A stretch of 61,019 nucleotides of DNA, the filler included, from Porpidia crustulata (Eukaryota): assembly GCA_964255105.1 (NCBI GenBank). It is 4 parts of 4 records of this genome, joined end to end, with 100 filler letters (N's around TTAATTAATTAA, not from the genome) between each part and the next. Parts side by side here need not be neighbours in the genome. Positions count along the whole stretch, not along the records: positions 30,622 to 45,773 come from CAXUWE010000333.1; positions 45,874 to 61,019 come from CAXUWE010000334.1; 2 more parts are not named here. One strand, 5' to 3'. A model generated the notes under the pieces. That model saw nothing but the letters and a program-made list of their open reading frames with translations. It ran no database searches and was not told where the DNA came from. Position numbers and translations under genes: made by a program. This document shows, in pieces, positions 33,224 through 46,913 of this stretch; positions within the stretch are counted from its first letter, which is position 1; the number at the start of each line of letters is the position of its first letter.

Positions 33224-36200
33224 GACGATTTCGACTTTGAGCACTAGATGTTGTGGCCGGTATTTGCTGGCTACGGCTGAGAAAACAGGAAGGCTGGAGC
33301 GGAGATCCTTAGATAGAACTCTGATGTAGTTTCGAGTGTATATGTTTGTCGAGGAAAGCGTATTGGGTCAGAGTAGTGTTGGTCAGATAGGAGGTTGATC
33401 GTATGTGGTGAGTTGGTATTGAGCTTCAAGGATGCTATCAGGGTAATGTGAGGGGGAAGGCAGTATTTATCAACAATTTTTGAAGCGCTGCAGTGTAGAT
33501 CGGTGTACGACATGCGGTGAAACCCTAAATCAAAAAGGCGGAGTGAAGTCTGTTTCGCTGCCCACGTGTGCCGTCTTTGAGCCTTTCGGCTTATGCGGTC
33601 AAATGCTCAGAATGCGATTCGAAACACTATTGAACGAAACGTTTGGATCGACACTGCTAGGTCTGAATAGTCAGCTCGGATTGTGGGGGAGGACTACGCA
33701 CATTGCGGGGCGTATGTATTCTTAAAACGCCCACTGGTCACCCCGTATTGGATGACGTCGAAGCGCAGCAATGTATCGAGAAACCGGTGTAGAGAATACG
33801 GGAGGAGATGAAATGGCAGGGAGAATGCCAAAAGCGAAACGCGATTCGCGTTAGTCGTTGGTGCGGCTGTCGCTTGTTGCCTCCTAGAATTTGAGATCCC
33901 CCTAGTCGCTTGGAACGGGGCAGCGACATTGGCGGGCTTTTCCTCCAGGCATGTCTACTCTGAGTCTGACACATGCCGTGTTTCTCTTGATTTAAATATG
34001 GATTTCCTTCCCAATCGTTGGTCGCACCTGGGGGCCGAAGATCGCGTGACTCTCTTGAGGCCTAGTTTCGTCAGATTGGGTGAACGTCGGTAGCCACCCA
34101 CGTACGATCCGAGGATCCTGGTGTTGATCACTGGCACGATTCTTGGTTGAGAGTTGCGGCTTAGATGACAGCCTAAACACTAATTTGAGCATATCTTAGC
34201 TACCATAGGGGATGTGAGATTGGTAGATGTACCGCGTGATCTCTGTAGTCGTAATTAGGCCACTGTACCTAACACTGGACGAACACTGTGGGGGGGAGGA
34301 TCTGAAGGGAGCCTCGACTATAAACGATCACGCTCAAAAGATTGATCGCTGAAGAGTGGATAGATATGATGATCGAGTGCAATGCCTCGTTATGGTACAC
34401 AGGTCAAACCCCCAAATCCCATGGGATAGGATTGTGTAATCTTCTTTTGGTGACGGGGACTTAGTCTTTGATCTCAAAAACAAATAGTTGAAAGCCAAAG
34501 AGAAAAATTGCACAGAACAAAGCCAATGGTCCTTCACGATGTGCTGTTAAAAGGAACGACTCAACCCATGCCAAATCCCCTAAATGCAGTAGAGCATATC
34601 GTTGACTCCTCTACCATAATTATTGAAGTAGGGAGCTTTATCCGGATCTTGCTTGTGCCTATCCATTAGGAGGAGTGCGCATTTGTGCCTGCGCATTACT
34701 AGTACTGCTGGTCCATGAGGGACATGTAATCTGGATACCGAATTCTGCTCACCAGATGCGCAAATTCCAGAGGAGCCACAGCTTTCGCATTGTTGACGCC
34801 AATAGGAAAATCGTAATTAGCTTAGAAAATCTGAACTGAAATTATTCAAAGTGCTCCATTGCTCACGATGAGATACCTTTGCCTACACATACTGCGGTCA
34901 TAGGTTCGCTGAACTCGTGAACTTTTCCGCGCAATAGATGGTGTTGGTTGATGTCCTTCCCCTGCCCACGATCATTAAGTGCCGTATCATCAGATTTGAT
35001 TTCCCAGGCTACACGATCGGGTTCCTTCTCTTGGGCGCACCCTTCATGGGACCCCTCAAGCGGGCACGACTCTCGATGAAGAATACAAGCTAAATAGACT
35101 TCTCCACAGCGATGTAGACGGCAACGTTCGCCTCTGGTAGTGAAAGGTATAATATGACTTCAGTTGTTCTTGCTCTTTGCTGATAATCGGCCTCTGTTCA
35201 GGTTCTTGCTCGAGGGCCCTTGCCTTGCCGAACACCTCTGATACAGTGAGAGATGCAGCGTACAACCTCAAAATAAAAGTCTAGTTTGGCAGCGATATCT
35301 CCCTGCTCAATCGTATGTTTGAGGTCAATTGATTTCGTGGTTCTTGGAAAGGTGAACTTGCTTCGCCTGGATTAAAGGTAATGAGGTGGGAAACAATCGA
35401 AGCCACAGCAGCGTAACTAAGCTCTCAATGAAGTCTCCAAGTTCAGCCAGTCCATGCCTTTCCTTTTGAGAATCAAAGAAATACGATATACCTCCCGGTC
35501 ATATCTCTTCTCACGGTCGATAGTCATGGAATGCCTCCGATCGAGGAAACCGAAAGCGACTAGAGTTAGTATTAGTAAAGTGTTCAAGGACTCTCTCCAC
35601 TAAACATTGCTCCTCCAACCCGCCAGGCTTTTTATCTGACTGGCAGCCAATCCCAAGGAGGATCAGTCTGCCGGTAATCGTAAAGGTGTCACACTGGCAC
35701 ATAAGCTTCTTCAGCATGTAGCGACTTCGTGCCCACTATCATAATCAGCTGGCTTTATGAGCTCTAGTTCGAGAGTCGTTACGGATGACGATACGTTTCG
35801 AGGCTCTAACAATGGGAAACTCTGGACGGAAGACATGGAGCTTCCCACCGCCCAATTCCTGGCAAGCGACTGCAGCACTCTAATCATCAGTACCAGTCGC
35901 TTTGTCGTAAGGACGGGAATTGCTTCAATTATTTCCTAGAAGAGTGGCACAAAGTTTTCTGATTCTAAGCCTTGCACAGCATGTGCAGCCGCAACCTTAA
36001 TGCGAAGGGTGTCTATGTGGGTGTCCTCAGCACGCTGGATCGAGTCACCGGTTGTTGCGTCTTTTTCAGGGCTTACAGCTACTGCCTGAATGCTGAGGAT
36101 ATCCACAGCTTGGTCTCAATGACTGGAATCGGGTCGACCAGTCGGGAGCTGTCGGTAGATTTTGTAGATAGAGGGACCTTTTCATGATCCTTCACTGGCC

Positions 36201-36511
36201 TCTTATTCTTTCCCACAGTATGACCGATGTTTGGTCTCTTACCTTCGGCCATCAAAGCTTACCGTTCAACACCTTCCCTGATGCCATTCGAGTCTATGAA
36301 AGTAAGTATTGATTGGGTCCTGTCCAAAATAGCCTTCGGTGTGTCTAAGTTAGGACGTTATAATGATACTAGGAACATGTAAGCTCCTTAATATATTCTA
36401 GTCTACTGCCGCTCAGTAAGAGGGGAGAATCGTCAAAGCGTTAGCCGAGCGTCAACCACCATTGTGATACAAGTCAATAAAAGTAAATTAGGGCAAGGGG
36501 GAACTATTTCA

Positions 36512-38589
36512 TTATCGCCGGACCTTTGCATTAAAAGTTTTCAGAGGATCCTCTTTCCTTCCTACGGGTTTTTTGCCTTTTCCCTTCATGCGGTTTTGCA
36601 TCCTAGCCTTTCTGATCCTGTTCTCACTAGATTTCTGAACTCCTACAAAGCCAATATCTTCTACGGCTATGCTGCTTTTGCCATTGGTGGGCATCAGGTA
36701 GTCTGGTACATGCTTGAGATGGGATTGTAGCCTTGCAGCTCTTAATTCCCCATCGTGCCTCAAGTGATGTAGATCTCCAGGATTTTCCTCAAAATGCCTC
36801 TTCAATTTTTCGCTTTTCAGTAACTCTTGCCTGAGCTCGCGCGTACGTGCTTCTCGAATGGCTGAGCGCGTGACTGCACGTAGGGCATCATTCATCCGGT
36901 ACCGGAAGGCATCTACTTGCTTCATGTCGAAGTGGTAAGGTTTGACTTCCTTCCCTTTCTTGCCTTGATACATGATGATTTTTGCTAAGACCTCTTCATC
37001 GTGTTGCGCGGATGGGAAAGATACTGATTTATGTTTGTGATAAAGCACTAGGGGCACAACAAAGGAAAGTGCTATGCCAGCCTTTCCAGCTCGTGCTGTT
37101 CTTCCAACGCGATGGGTATAAGATTTGGAAGTGGTTGGAAGATCAAAATTTAGCACACACGCAACATTCTTGAAATCAATACCGCGCGATATCCCGTATT
37201 CTTTGTTCTTTCGTTTAGTGCTCCTCTTTCTAGGCGACACGGCACTCTCCCTGTCATCAGGAACAGAAGTCTCTCGTCCTCTAACATCTTGAGTCGATGT
37301 AGGTGATGCCGAACCATCATTGTTCGACGCACTTGAAGAATTGTTGGCCATACTAGATGATAATGATGACGGATTGGCGTTAGTTTCGATTCTAGTAGTG
37401 TCATTATCGGCACTTCCACCCAAAGTTTCGTGTTCGTCTGCAGCAATTAAAATTTCGTAGATGTTCTTGTTGAATTCTTCTACCACATGAATTCGCGAAT
37501 TTACGGGTAGCTCGGAATTCAGGACACAACTCTTGATCCCAAATTGCTCGAAGAAGAGCTTAAGTCGATAACATCTATCAGTGTCGCCAACAAATACAAT
37601 ACATTTCCCTTTAATCAATTTAAGCTTGAAAATGACGTAAGCCAACAGGAATTTCTCATCTTCAGCACATCTACGTGTTGCTGTATTAGCGGACACAGCA
37701 ATCTTTTATACTGGCACAAGCAGGCCACTTACTTAAGAACATACTGATCAACATCATTGTTCTCCACGGCTTCCTCAAGCTCCAAATGCACTGGGTTCCG
37801 GCAGAATAAGTTCTTCAGTATCTCCATATCTACCGTCAGAGTGGCGCTTATAAGAAATGTTTGGATGCCTTTGGGTATAGCCTTAGCAATAACATGCATG
37901 TCTTCATTATAGCCGTAGGACAGAACAAGATCTGCCTCATCAATGACCAATTGTTTGAGATTGTCGATGTGTAAGGCTGAGGTATTGATATTCGAAGCCG
38001 CTCGCGCTGGAGTAGCGATCACTATATCGGGAGACTCTGCAAGTAGTGCGCGCTGTACAGCTTCAGGGAGTTTTTGGGTAAGATTGAGGGTTCGAACATC
38101 GCTAGCACAATACACAGAAAGGGCCGTAATAGCCTTGGTTACTTGCTGGGCCAACTCTCGAGTGGGCACTAGGATTATAGAGGTGATGTTACTGGCCGGA
38201 TCGACCTTTATTTGAAATTAGTATTTAATAATGTTTGAACGGGGCGCTGACAGACCGATTTGCGACGGAGTATCGAATCAAGAATTGGCAGAAGGTACGC
38301 AGCAGTCTTTCCTGACCCTGTTTTAGAACGAGCTGCAAGTATCATAAGCAGGCGCTAGCATGTCATTAAGAATCACACGCAACGTACCCAAGATATCTCT
38401 ACCCTCGAGAGCCAGTGGTATAACTTTGGACTGGATGGGAGTTGGTCTCAAAAATTGCTCCTTCAGAACCGCCTGCTGCAGTCGTGGATCGAGACGAAGG
38501 GAACCGAATCCCGATGAGCCATGAGACCCATGAGAGTCGTTAATTGACACAGGTGCCGGGGAATTACCACCGTCAAGCTTGCGCTTCAT
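36512..38589 (-). CDS. DBP9: ATP-dependent DEAD-box RNA helicase Dbp9
   Basis: MKRKLD start; [76 protein letters not shown]. Confidence 0.95.
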
Positions 38590-40016
38590 CGTCGCAAGAT
38601 CTGCCCAAAGTTGCACATTTGTAAAAAGGCTTGGCGTAACGGACACTTCCAATCGCTCGCTTAGTAGTTGGCCTAGCACACGCACCACTCCACCATATCT
38701 ATCTACAACATCCAAATCTCATTTCCACTGGAACGAGATCAGTACTTCTGAGGCTTTAATACTTCTGAATAGCAAGGTAGTCCAAGGTGGAAGTGGCAGC
38801 ATAACCTTTCACCAATTAAGGCTATACAAATATCCACTAGAAATTATCTCGCAGGACAGCAGCAAAGTCCTGCCAGTTCTATAACGAAACCCTCGCCGGG
38901 TTGGCGTGGTCGCACATTGGTACATCTGTGTACAGCAATGTCTCAAATGCAGACAGAATCTGGGCATCATGTGGATAAGCTTCCTAGCTTGTTCGCTGAA
39001 GTCGGAATAGATACGCGTGAGTTGATTCGAGCATACAGTCTGAGGTGGTCAGACTCTCCAGCCTTTCGAACATGAGATTGGATGGGAGTACCAAAAAAAA
39101 CATAGTCTCATGCATCTTTGAGACATAAAAGAATCTACACAGATAGGTAAACAGAACACTAAGAAGTGTCACTTACACATCAGAGCTGCATCTCCAACTA
39201 CTTTGATAATTACACGGCAATTTTCTGCACGAAGAATTTCACCAGTATCTATTTTCTTATCATCCGCAACTCACAAGGCTCAAGCGTACCTTATGTCTTG
39301 TCTTGGAGACCAGCCATGGGACGGCCCCAGGCCTGGATTTGTTCGCTACCCACAACCCCATTGCTGTTGGAGTAAAGAGACTATTCGGCTTTCGACACCG
39401 TCCGCCATGCAATGTCATGCATTGAATGCTTGCAGTTTCTAAGTCCTACATCAAATACAATCCTTTTATGGAATTACGCGACCCTCTTGCCAATAAATTG
39501 CGCATTGATGTTCATGTCTTGGTGTGGATGGCCCCCATTCACACTCCGCGACGTAAAATTAACCTAACAATCGTGGCTCCCTCCTGACAAGGCCAGGTAG
39601 CCGACTTGTCATACAGATGCACGAGCTCGAAGCTTTCCGAGCATCTATGCTACCATCAAATGCGTCTTCGGGCATAACGCAGTCGATTTTCACTGAAAGG
39701 AGAATACCCAATTTGTATATTAAGGCCGTGGACAATACAGTTCGTGAATCATTGAGATTAAACAACGTAATAGACCAGACAATCTCGGGAGCGCCAAGTA
39801 TACGAGAAATACAATTTCAGCTGCGTCATTTGGAACGATGTTGCTTCTGGCGTATCATAAGGCCAGTTCCCTCACTAGTTCGATCAATAATCAAGGAAAA
39901 TTCGCAGCAAATACTGAAGGCAAGACATGGTTGCAGCAGCTAGGAAATACTACCCATCATGGTATATCAAACACCGCCGATCTCGGGGTGCAACGTATGT
40001 GTTAGTGTGTGGGACT

Positions 40017-41586
40017 TCAGGTTTGCCTGTCTCGGACGGCTCTCCGATACTTGATGAGCTTCGGGAGAGATCTCTCGTGCACATCTCCGATGACTCGGAT
40101 CTTCCAGTTATGCTGGATGGGCTGTATCTTTCCGAGATTTATGCGCGAAAGAGGATCCAAATTGTCTTCGGGGCTTAGCGGAACAATCCTTAGCGGGTCT
40201 TTATTCATGTCCCTCTCCCCAGCGAGCCTTCGAGGTGGTTTTTTGCCTGTGTATACAATGGTATGAGCGTTTTGATTAACTCCAGGTTTTTCGGTCGCTC
40301 TACCACTATATGTTGTGATTGGGCTGCCGGCAAGGTTAATAAAGGGGCATCAATGCCTCGGAACACACTCACCAGCAATAGCAATAAAATTCGTCTGACA
40401 TTTCCTTGACCACGACGAATCGCCTATGAGTATGATACGCAAATTCTCCTGGAGCTACCGTCGTATAATTACTACCTTCGAAGGCGTTTTTGTATGCTGG
40501 ATCCACAACTGGCCCGGCGTTCTCGATGTACAGCATCATGAAGACCTAAAACAATCGGTACCGAGCCCATGCGGGAGATAGATTACGAACCTTGCCCACT
40601 ACAAAGGTCTTGTGCGTCTTGAATTGAATCTGCTTGTATAGTCCTTGCCATAGTTAGCTAGGTGTCTGTGTGGCATGTTCATTGAGACTTACTAGGGTCA
40701 AAAATGCTTCCAGTGTGACTGTCCGTATGAGGCAGCGCGGCTGCAGCTGAGTGTCCACTGGGACCAGGAGCTGCGACGCTGATAGATTGACCTCCTGGTG
40801 AGGACTCTCCATTACGCCTCTCAGTTGGGGAAACTGCAAGACTTGCATTTCTTGCTCGGACAAGATCATTTTCATCCAATCCAGTCATTAAGTATGATGT
40901 CGGATTGCCCTGATAGCGAGCATCTGAAGATACTTAGTGTTGATCCATTAATCAAAGGCACGGACTACCTTGTGCAGGCTGCTTGCCCGCGGCGATTTGA
41001 GTACTAATCATCGGGTTCATTGAGTATGTTGAACCTAACGGCTGGGCTACCGACCGACTCAGCTGTGTTGTAGGCATTATCGTATACCGAGGCTGTGAAG
41101 CATAGCCTGCACTTTGTAAGAATACTGCTCAACTGCTCAACAAGATGATTCTCTCGATTTGGTGTCATTGACCTTGATGACTAGGGTTTTGGCGTATGCT
41201 AAGTCGACTGTCGAATTGACTAGCCAGCTGGCTCACGTCTCCTGTACCTGAGAGGGAATTTGTTGCATAGTTGTACGACATGGAGCCATACTGAGGCTGC
41301 AATTGCCCAACGGAAGGAGTAACATATCGGGGGGTGGGTGTTCTGGCCCTGTTAGTGATGCTCTTATGGTTCACCAATTTTTTGATGCAGCATCATGGCA
41401 TACGTTGGATAACGGTATGTCAATTGATCTGCGATTCCGAATCAGTCTTTGAATTCCTGGGGCATCTTGATACCACCTCTATTATTCTTATCCGGGACAA
41501 GTTAGGGATTACTTACTGGTATTGCGATCTCGATGGTAATGCCTTCCATTCAGACTATCCCATATCCAGTAGTCCTGGCTCGCCAT
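40017..41586 (-). CDS. DUF6590-like protein, 8 exons
   Basis: Hand-spliced, stop-free with GT-AG introns: MASQDYWIWDSLNGRHYHRD...FVVGKVFMMLYIENAG...RRFVVVKE..CYCCPITTYSGRATEKPGV..HTIVYTG..KDPLRI..LDPLSRINLGKIQPIQHNWKIRVIGDV. Confidence 0.8.
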
Positions 41587-42368
41587 GTTGACGCCAGTGA
41601 CATGGGGTCATAACAATTTGCGATATAAACAAATGAGCAGTCACAAATGTTCCGCTGTACATGGCCGCTCATGGGTCTCCTATTCATAGGGGTCGATTTT
41701 ATTCTGGTGCGGCTCCAATTGTCCGGTTGGTGGTGTTGACATGGAAGACTCGTGCGCTTGCACTAACATGTAATATTCTACATTTGATGAATGGAAGATG
41801 CAGTTGTATCACATTTGACTGGGGGGTGATAGGTTGATGGTGTAGGCGACGATAACTTGGTGATTCGATAAGGAATTGATGTTACACAGACAGTCAATCA
41901 GATGCATTAATGTGCATGCATGAAGTGATGCTCGGTAAAAGTTGCATGTCGCTATGCCTACTTGTCGCTGCCTTACCGTCCAGGGCCACCAACAGCGTGT
42001 AAGAGAATGGTATCACAAGGCCGCAACTTCCTAGAACGCGTTGCGGCGTGTCTCAAGATGATTGAGGTAGATGAGAGGGGAGCCTGCATTCAGGAATGCG
42101 GCTGAAAAGGATCAGCAAACGCGTTCAACGCTGACTTGTAGACTACGCTGCTAGGTGTCCTCTCTCTGTTTTCAGCCACTGGCGATCAAGTATATCCAAT
42201 GTTCTACTGATAATAGTATCTGCTGTAAACTGGCTTGCGAGGGTCCAATTGATCAATAACACGTCAAATTGTGCAGTATCGCCTCTGACCAACGTTCAAA
42301 GCGGAGCATTCAGCTATGCACAAGGGACAGAACTTTTTCTTAGCAAGACAAACGTAATTGCTCTACCC

Positions 42369-43805
42369 ATGGCCGATCCGAGTTCGGGGTTCCAAGACAT
42401 GCTCCGGGATGAGCTAGAAGTTGCCCATCAAGCAACAGAATCGGATTATCCTGGCGATATCGATCCGCCCATGGGTATTGTTCAGGACGATGGAGCTAGC
42501 GAGACTCAAGGAACAATTAATGTTGAGCGTGTGATTTCTGCGTGGAACGACTTCAAAGGCCTCCGCGATTCAGTAGCAAGAACCAGACTTGCACTCCGTG
42601 AACTGAGGGTGGAACTAAGGCAGGAGCGTGTTCAAGCTCGCGCGTTGGAAGCACAATTGTGGCGAAATATAGAGAGTCACTGGGCTGAAGATAGACACGA
42701 TAAAACGACTCTTGAGAGGCTACATGGAGAGTTGAACAAGGCACGTGATGAGATTGGCCCGAAAGAAGAGAGTTACGACGAGCTGGAAGATGATTTCGAA
42801 GTCATGGAATATAGGCTTGAGAAAAGAGAGACTCGGTTTTACAGCCAGTTTGCACATTCACAATCCGAGCAACGTTCAAAATCTCCAATCTCAGATTCGT
42901 CATACGAAGGTGGCCAAGCGTGGTCCCGAAGTCGAGGCTCGGAGTATACCGATACCCGGTCTACTCCTTCGTACAAATACCTTTCCAAGGTGGGTGACGC
43001 GAACATCATCAAAGAGAGACTGGCGGAACTCGAAGCGGAACGAGATCATTATCTTGACGTTAACCGAGAACGAAATACTACAGGTCAGCCACTCTATCAG
43101 CCCAATGTGGAGTTCCTCGAGAATTTTTCGAAAGTCCACGATAGATATCTTGAGCAGCTCCGCCAAATTTACAATGACTTGGATACATTAAGTCGGAACG
43201 CCGGCATTGAGCACACAGAAAGTGAAGAGATGTCTTCACTGGCAAGCCAAGTGGTAGCGTCGAGGGCAACCAGTCTTCACGGCATACATGTTTATCCGAC
43301 TTCGCTACGTGACTCATATAGACGCAGTAGCGATGGAGACATCCGCCACCACCACACTTCTACTTCTCGCCAATATATCAATCAATGGATCCTCGATGCG
43401 CTGACACACTCTGGCCTTGAGCGAGCCCGGCACAAATCAATCTTGGAGGACCCGGGACTCAATGATGCCGCTTGGCTTAAGCTCGTTTGCGAATACTGGG
43501 GGCAAGACCCTGCAGCTTACTCGCTACACAATTCCCCTCGAGGAGATAGGCTCGCGTGTCCCGGGACCGCTAGCTCTGCCCACCGCGAAGGAGAAACCGA
43601 CATTACGTTGACGGAGGTTACTTCCAATGGCACGACGCCAACTCGAGAAATAGACGATAGAAGACGGCTGGGAATCCACAACATGAATCCTGCGGATCCT
43701 TTTGTCGACTTCCTTCCCAAAACACCTTCACACATCACCAAGGTTCGATCAGATTTCTTCCCCGATGAAATATTTTACGAAAAGGATTTCCAAAGCATGC
43801 CGTGA
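42369..43805 (+). CDS. Hypothetical coiled-coil protein
   Basis: Long intronless ORF; charged heptads (LRELRVELRQER, YDELEDDFEVMEYRLEKRE); YLSKVGDANIIKERLAEL; YINQWILDAL. ATG start chosen over the upstream TTG. Confidence 0.75.
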   Translation: MADPSSGFQDMLRDELEVAHQATESDYPGDIDPPMGIVQDDGASETQGTINVERVISAWNDFKGLRDSVARTRLALRELRVELRQERVQARALEAQLWRNIESHWAEDRHDKTTLERLHGELNKARDEIGPKEESYDELEDDFEVMEYRLEKRETRFYSQFAHSQSEQRSKSPISDSSYEGGQAWSRSRGSEYTDTRSTPSYKYLSKVGDANIIKERLAELEAERDHYLDVNRERNTTGQPLYQPNVEFLENFSKVHDRYLEQLRQIYNDLDTLSRNAGIEHTESEEMSSLASQVVASRATSLHGIHVYPTSLRDSYRRSSDGDIRHHHTSTSRQYINQWILDALTHSGLERARHKSILEDPGLNDAAWLKLVCEYWGQDPAAYSLHNSPRGDRLACPGTASSAHREGETDITLTEVTSNGTTPTREIDDRRRLGIHNMNPADPFVDFLPKTPSHITKVRSDFFPDEIFYEKDFQSMP

Positions 43806-45773
43806 CTAATATACCTTTGTGTGGGTTGGTGTACAGTATCTGGGTGTGATCTTTGTATAGGTACATGTAAGAGTATTCATGCGAACTTTGTTTCCTGCGG
43901 ATCGGCTTTCCATTCTGCCTTCTCTTTAAGGTATATCAGGCGCTTTCAAGCGACTGGGGTCTTCTGAATACATTCGGGCTTTCTAGCAGGGAGGGCGGCA
44001 GCAACAATGATCGTATAATTCGCGGCTACGAGTATTCGTTCATCGATACTTGCGAATAGAGAGGCCGGTCTAACGATCCAACGATATCCAAGCACCAAGG
44101 TACATCTAGTATGAAGCATTCTTGTACCATGTCTGTGTCGTGGATATTTCTTCACGAGCAGCAATATCGATTGAACACTCGGCATTGCTTTCAATACGAC
44201 ATAATATCGTTGACACATACTGGCTGATGGGCGCATGTCCATGCGGAGGGGGACGTGGGTGACCCCCACGTTCAGTAACAAGGATGTTGAAATTGTCTAA
44301 AGCAGCGTTGTTTGTTTCCCGTCCACTGCAGATTTCCACCCGGCCGCACAAGCAAATCAAACCCCGGCGACCCCAATGTAAGGCCGTGCTCACAACCAGA
44401 AGATCTCCTTGGCCCGCGAATAAGATGTATATAAAAAGGAAAATCTTCTTGGATGCACACCCGGAAGCCTTTTTTGTTCACTTATCATGTCTCACCCGCT
44501 CGATCTGGATCAATTGTCTGTATCTGGTGCAACCAGCTGACTTCCTGGTTGAAGGCGCACTTCCCGTTCATGATTTGACTGCAGGATATGTATGATCTGC
44601 CAATGGAGATGAATTTCCGTTTGTCTGGAGTGAGGATGTATGTCTCAATCTTCCGATTGGATTTGATCAGGGACTGCAAAGCTTGATCGACAGTTTCTGT
44701 GTTAAATCTCTCGGTGGTTTGCAAGATACGTTGGATTTATGGCTTTTGATCTCTGACGTTTTTCTTTCTGTCGCAACAATATCTGAGAAGATTCAGGGGC
44801 GGTAGCCATGAGCAAATTGACTGATACAAGACATCCACTGCGACGCCATCATCGCGACTCTACTATTCCGTCGCTCCTCGTCAATGATATCCTCAAAACT
44901 TCCGGCGACCATAATCTTTTCTTTTCGAGGAGCCCTGCGGTAATTCCGTGGGTTCTGAAAAACTCATTCCCGTTGTATGGATTATCTCTATTCTAACCTG
45001 TGTCCGGTGATTCGGTTTCCTATTCAGTTCTCGACGATCGATGATCATGGGCTTCGATCGTTTCTTAGTCCGCGACACAATCACAATATAATGTACCAAA
45101 GAACAAAGAATATCGACAACCTCAAAGTACTATCTGGCCTAGAGCCAAGGATTCCTTAGGAGACCACTTGAAAAGCTCATGGCTTGAGTCAAGCCCTTCC
45201 CTAACTTTGCGGAGCACGACAACACGACACTTCTGATAGGAATCCGGGACTCGTCGAATATTTCCTTAAAGGAGTCGTGTTCGTTACTGCCCAAGCATAT
45301 CAAAGATCCTGCACAACCTCTTTCGCCCCAACGGATACGTGACAAGTTACATGACCCTAAACATCGAGATACAAAACTCCCCATCCCCACACCCGCTGCA
45401 AAAGGAAACCTTTAGAATTTCTCTAATCATCGAATGCCAATAAATACTTTCCCAAAGCCTCCCGAGCGACAACTCCAGCTGCAATGAAAGGCCATGGCAC
45501 AGCATCTCGAAAGAACTCAAAAACAATTAAGATGGATATTCTTACCGTCAACTAAGAATTGAAATACATTTCTCAGTCAAAACACTCTTGGCAAAGCATG
45601 GCAGATCGAATTTTTATTTCCATCTCTTGAACCGCCCCGATGTGGATGCTTAGCGAGATTCTCTGGAAAAGATCGGATTTTATCCAACACAATCGAGGGT
45701 CGTAGAGTATCAAACTTGAACTAAATGACGGCTCGACATCATAGAATTAATCGTACATTCGTTTAATCCGTAC

Positions 45774-45873
45774 NNNNNNNNNNNNNNNNNNNNNNNNNNN
45801 NNNNNNNNNNNNNNNNNTTAATTAATTAANNNNNNNNNNNNNNNNNNNNNNNNNNNNNNNNNNNNNNNNNNNN
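45774..45873. other. Artificial assembly spacer
   Basis: N44-TTAATTAATTAA-N44. Confidence 0.98.
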
Positions 45874-46681
45874 GGGGAAGGGTTTGAATGGATGATGTTT
45901 GAAAAGAAAACTTACAGTGGATTGGTCTTGTCGCTGAGTTTGTTGAACCGATCGAATAAGCGGTCGAATTGACTGGACGAGGCTGCGGGATGCGCCTTGA
46001 TGGTGTGTGCAGTCTCATTGTCGAATTCCTCCCACTGCAGCCAACCACCAGGTTCTTCGAAAATGTTTTGGTTAGCTGACACACAAAAACAAAATTGGAT
46101 TCGAGGTAGCCGTTAAAGCAGTCTCCTCGATTCAGTGGCTTCGGTAGACATACTAAGCATGCGGATCAAGTTTTTTAACAGCGGTCGAGGGTCGCTGATC
46201 ACAAACATGAACAAACGGACATGGACGAGGTCAAATTGGCCGATCAAGTCTTCTGGTAATTCTTCAAGAGCGTTGACCGTGCGCATGGAAACGTTTCCAG
46301 GGAGCCAAATCTTGGGCGGACATATTGAAATATCCACATCCAGCCCGTCAAGAATAGCTGTTGGCGACAACAGACGTGCCATTTCAGTGATCCAGGTTCT
46401 ACGATTTGATTAAAGACCGTCGTTGATATTCCTCTTCCGCGCTGGATATTTTCCCACCCTGTGCCAGTGCCCACATCCGCAACTCGAGGGTCAGGACTGG
46501 AGATTGAGATACGGGGATGAACCAGATAACCGACTTGATCGCGCCAAAGGTGATGCTGGAGGTCAAGCCTTGGAGCTTGGTCAGTCTATCCTATGATCCG
46601 TTGGGCGAGATGGATTGACCTCGCGGAGGCTTTGTAGTCTCGCGCAAAAACGTAGTCGTCTTTCCCTGGGCTGCAATTCAT
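45874..46681 (-). CDS. Class I SAM-dependent methyltransferase (LaeA-like family); last exon probably lost in the gap
   Basis: Spliced: DYVFARDYKASAR-LDLQHHLW...RVADVGTGTG-IWITE...LDGLDVD...FDLVHVRL...LLKNLIRML-KPGGWLQWEE; the sequence ends within an intron (GTAAGT) at the gap. Confidence 0.88.
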
Positions 46682-46913
46682 ATCATGGTATCTGAACAAG
46701 TGAATGGTCGTTAATGGGAGTGAGAGCGCAAGTCGGGAAGGCTGATTATAAGGCTGCCGGTTGCGGCGGGGCAGAAGTCGCATTGGCCCCTAAAGTGCCT
46801 CAGCACGCTCTATTCCATGCGTGGTTTTCTTCGTGTATATAAGGGAACCTGTAAGGCACCTTGATTGCGCAGATTGAGTCAAGGCCAAAAAGTAACCAGG
46901 CTACCAGGCAAAA
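46682..46913. promoter_or_regulatory. Putative bidirectional promoter of methyltransferase and PAL
   Basis: 232 bp between divergent ATGs; TATA-like ATTATAAG (about 46746) and TATATAAG (about 46836); CCGG/CGGCGG cluster about 46757-46770. Confidence 0.55.

Noticed and set aside
32784..33329. Plus-strand 181-aa ORF that also repeats FPGSWAQFESRLDPVRPE
   Set aside because: It is the antisense frame sharing third codon positions with the precursor, so the repeat is mirrored automatically; it has no ATG start, signal peptide or processing sites.
38890..39950. Short ORFs between DBP9 and the DUF6590-like gene (e.g. 39617-39943)
   Set aside because: No motif or consistent gene model could be supported.
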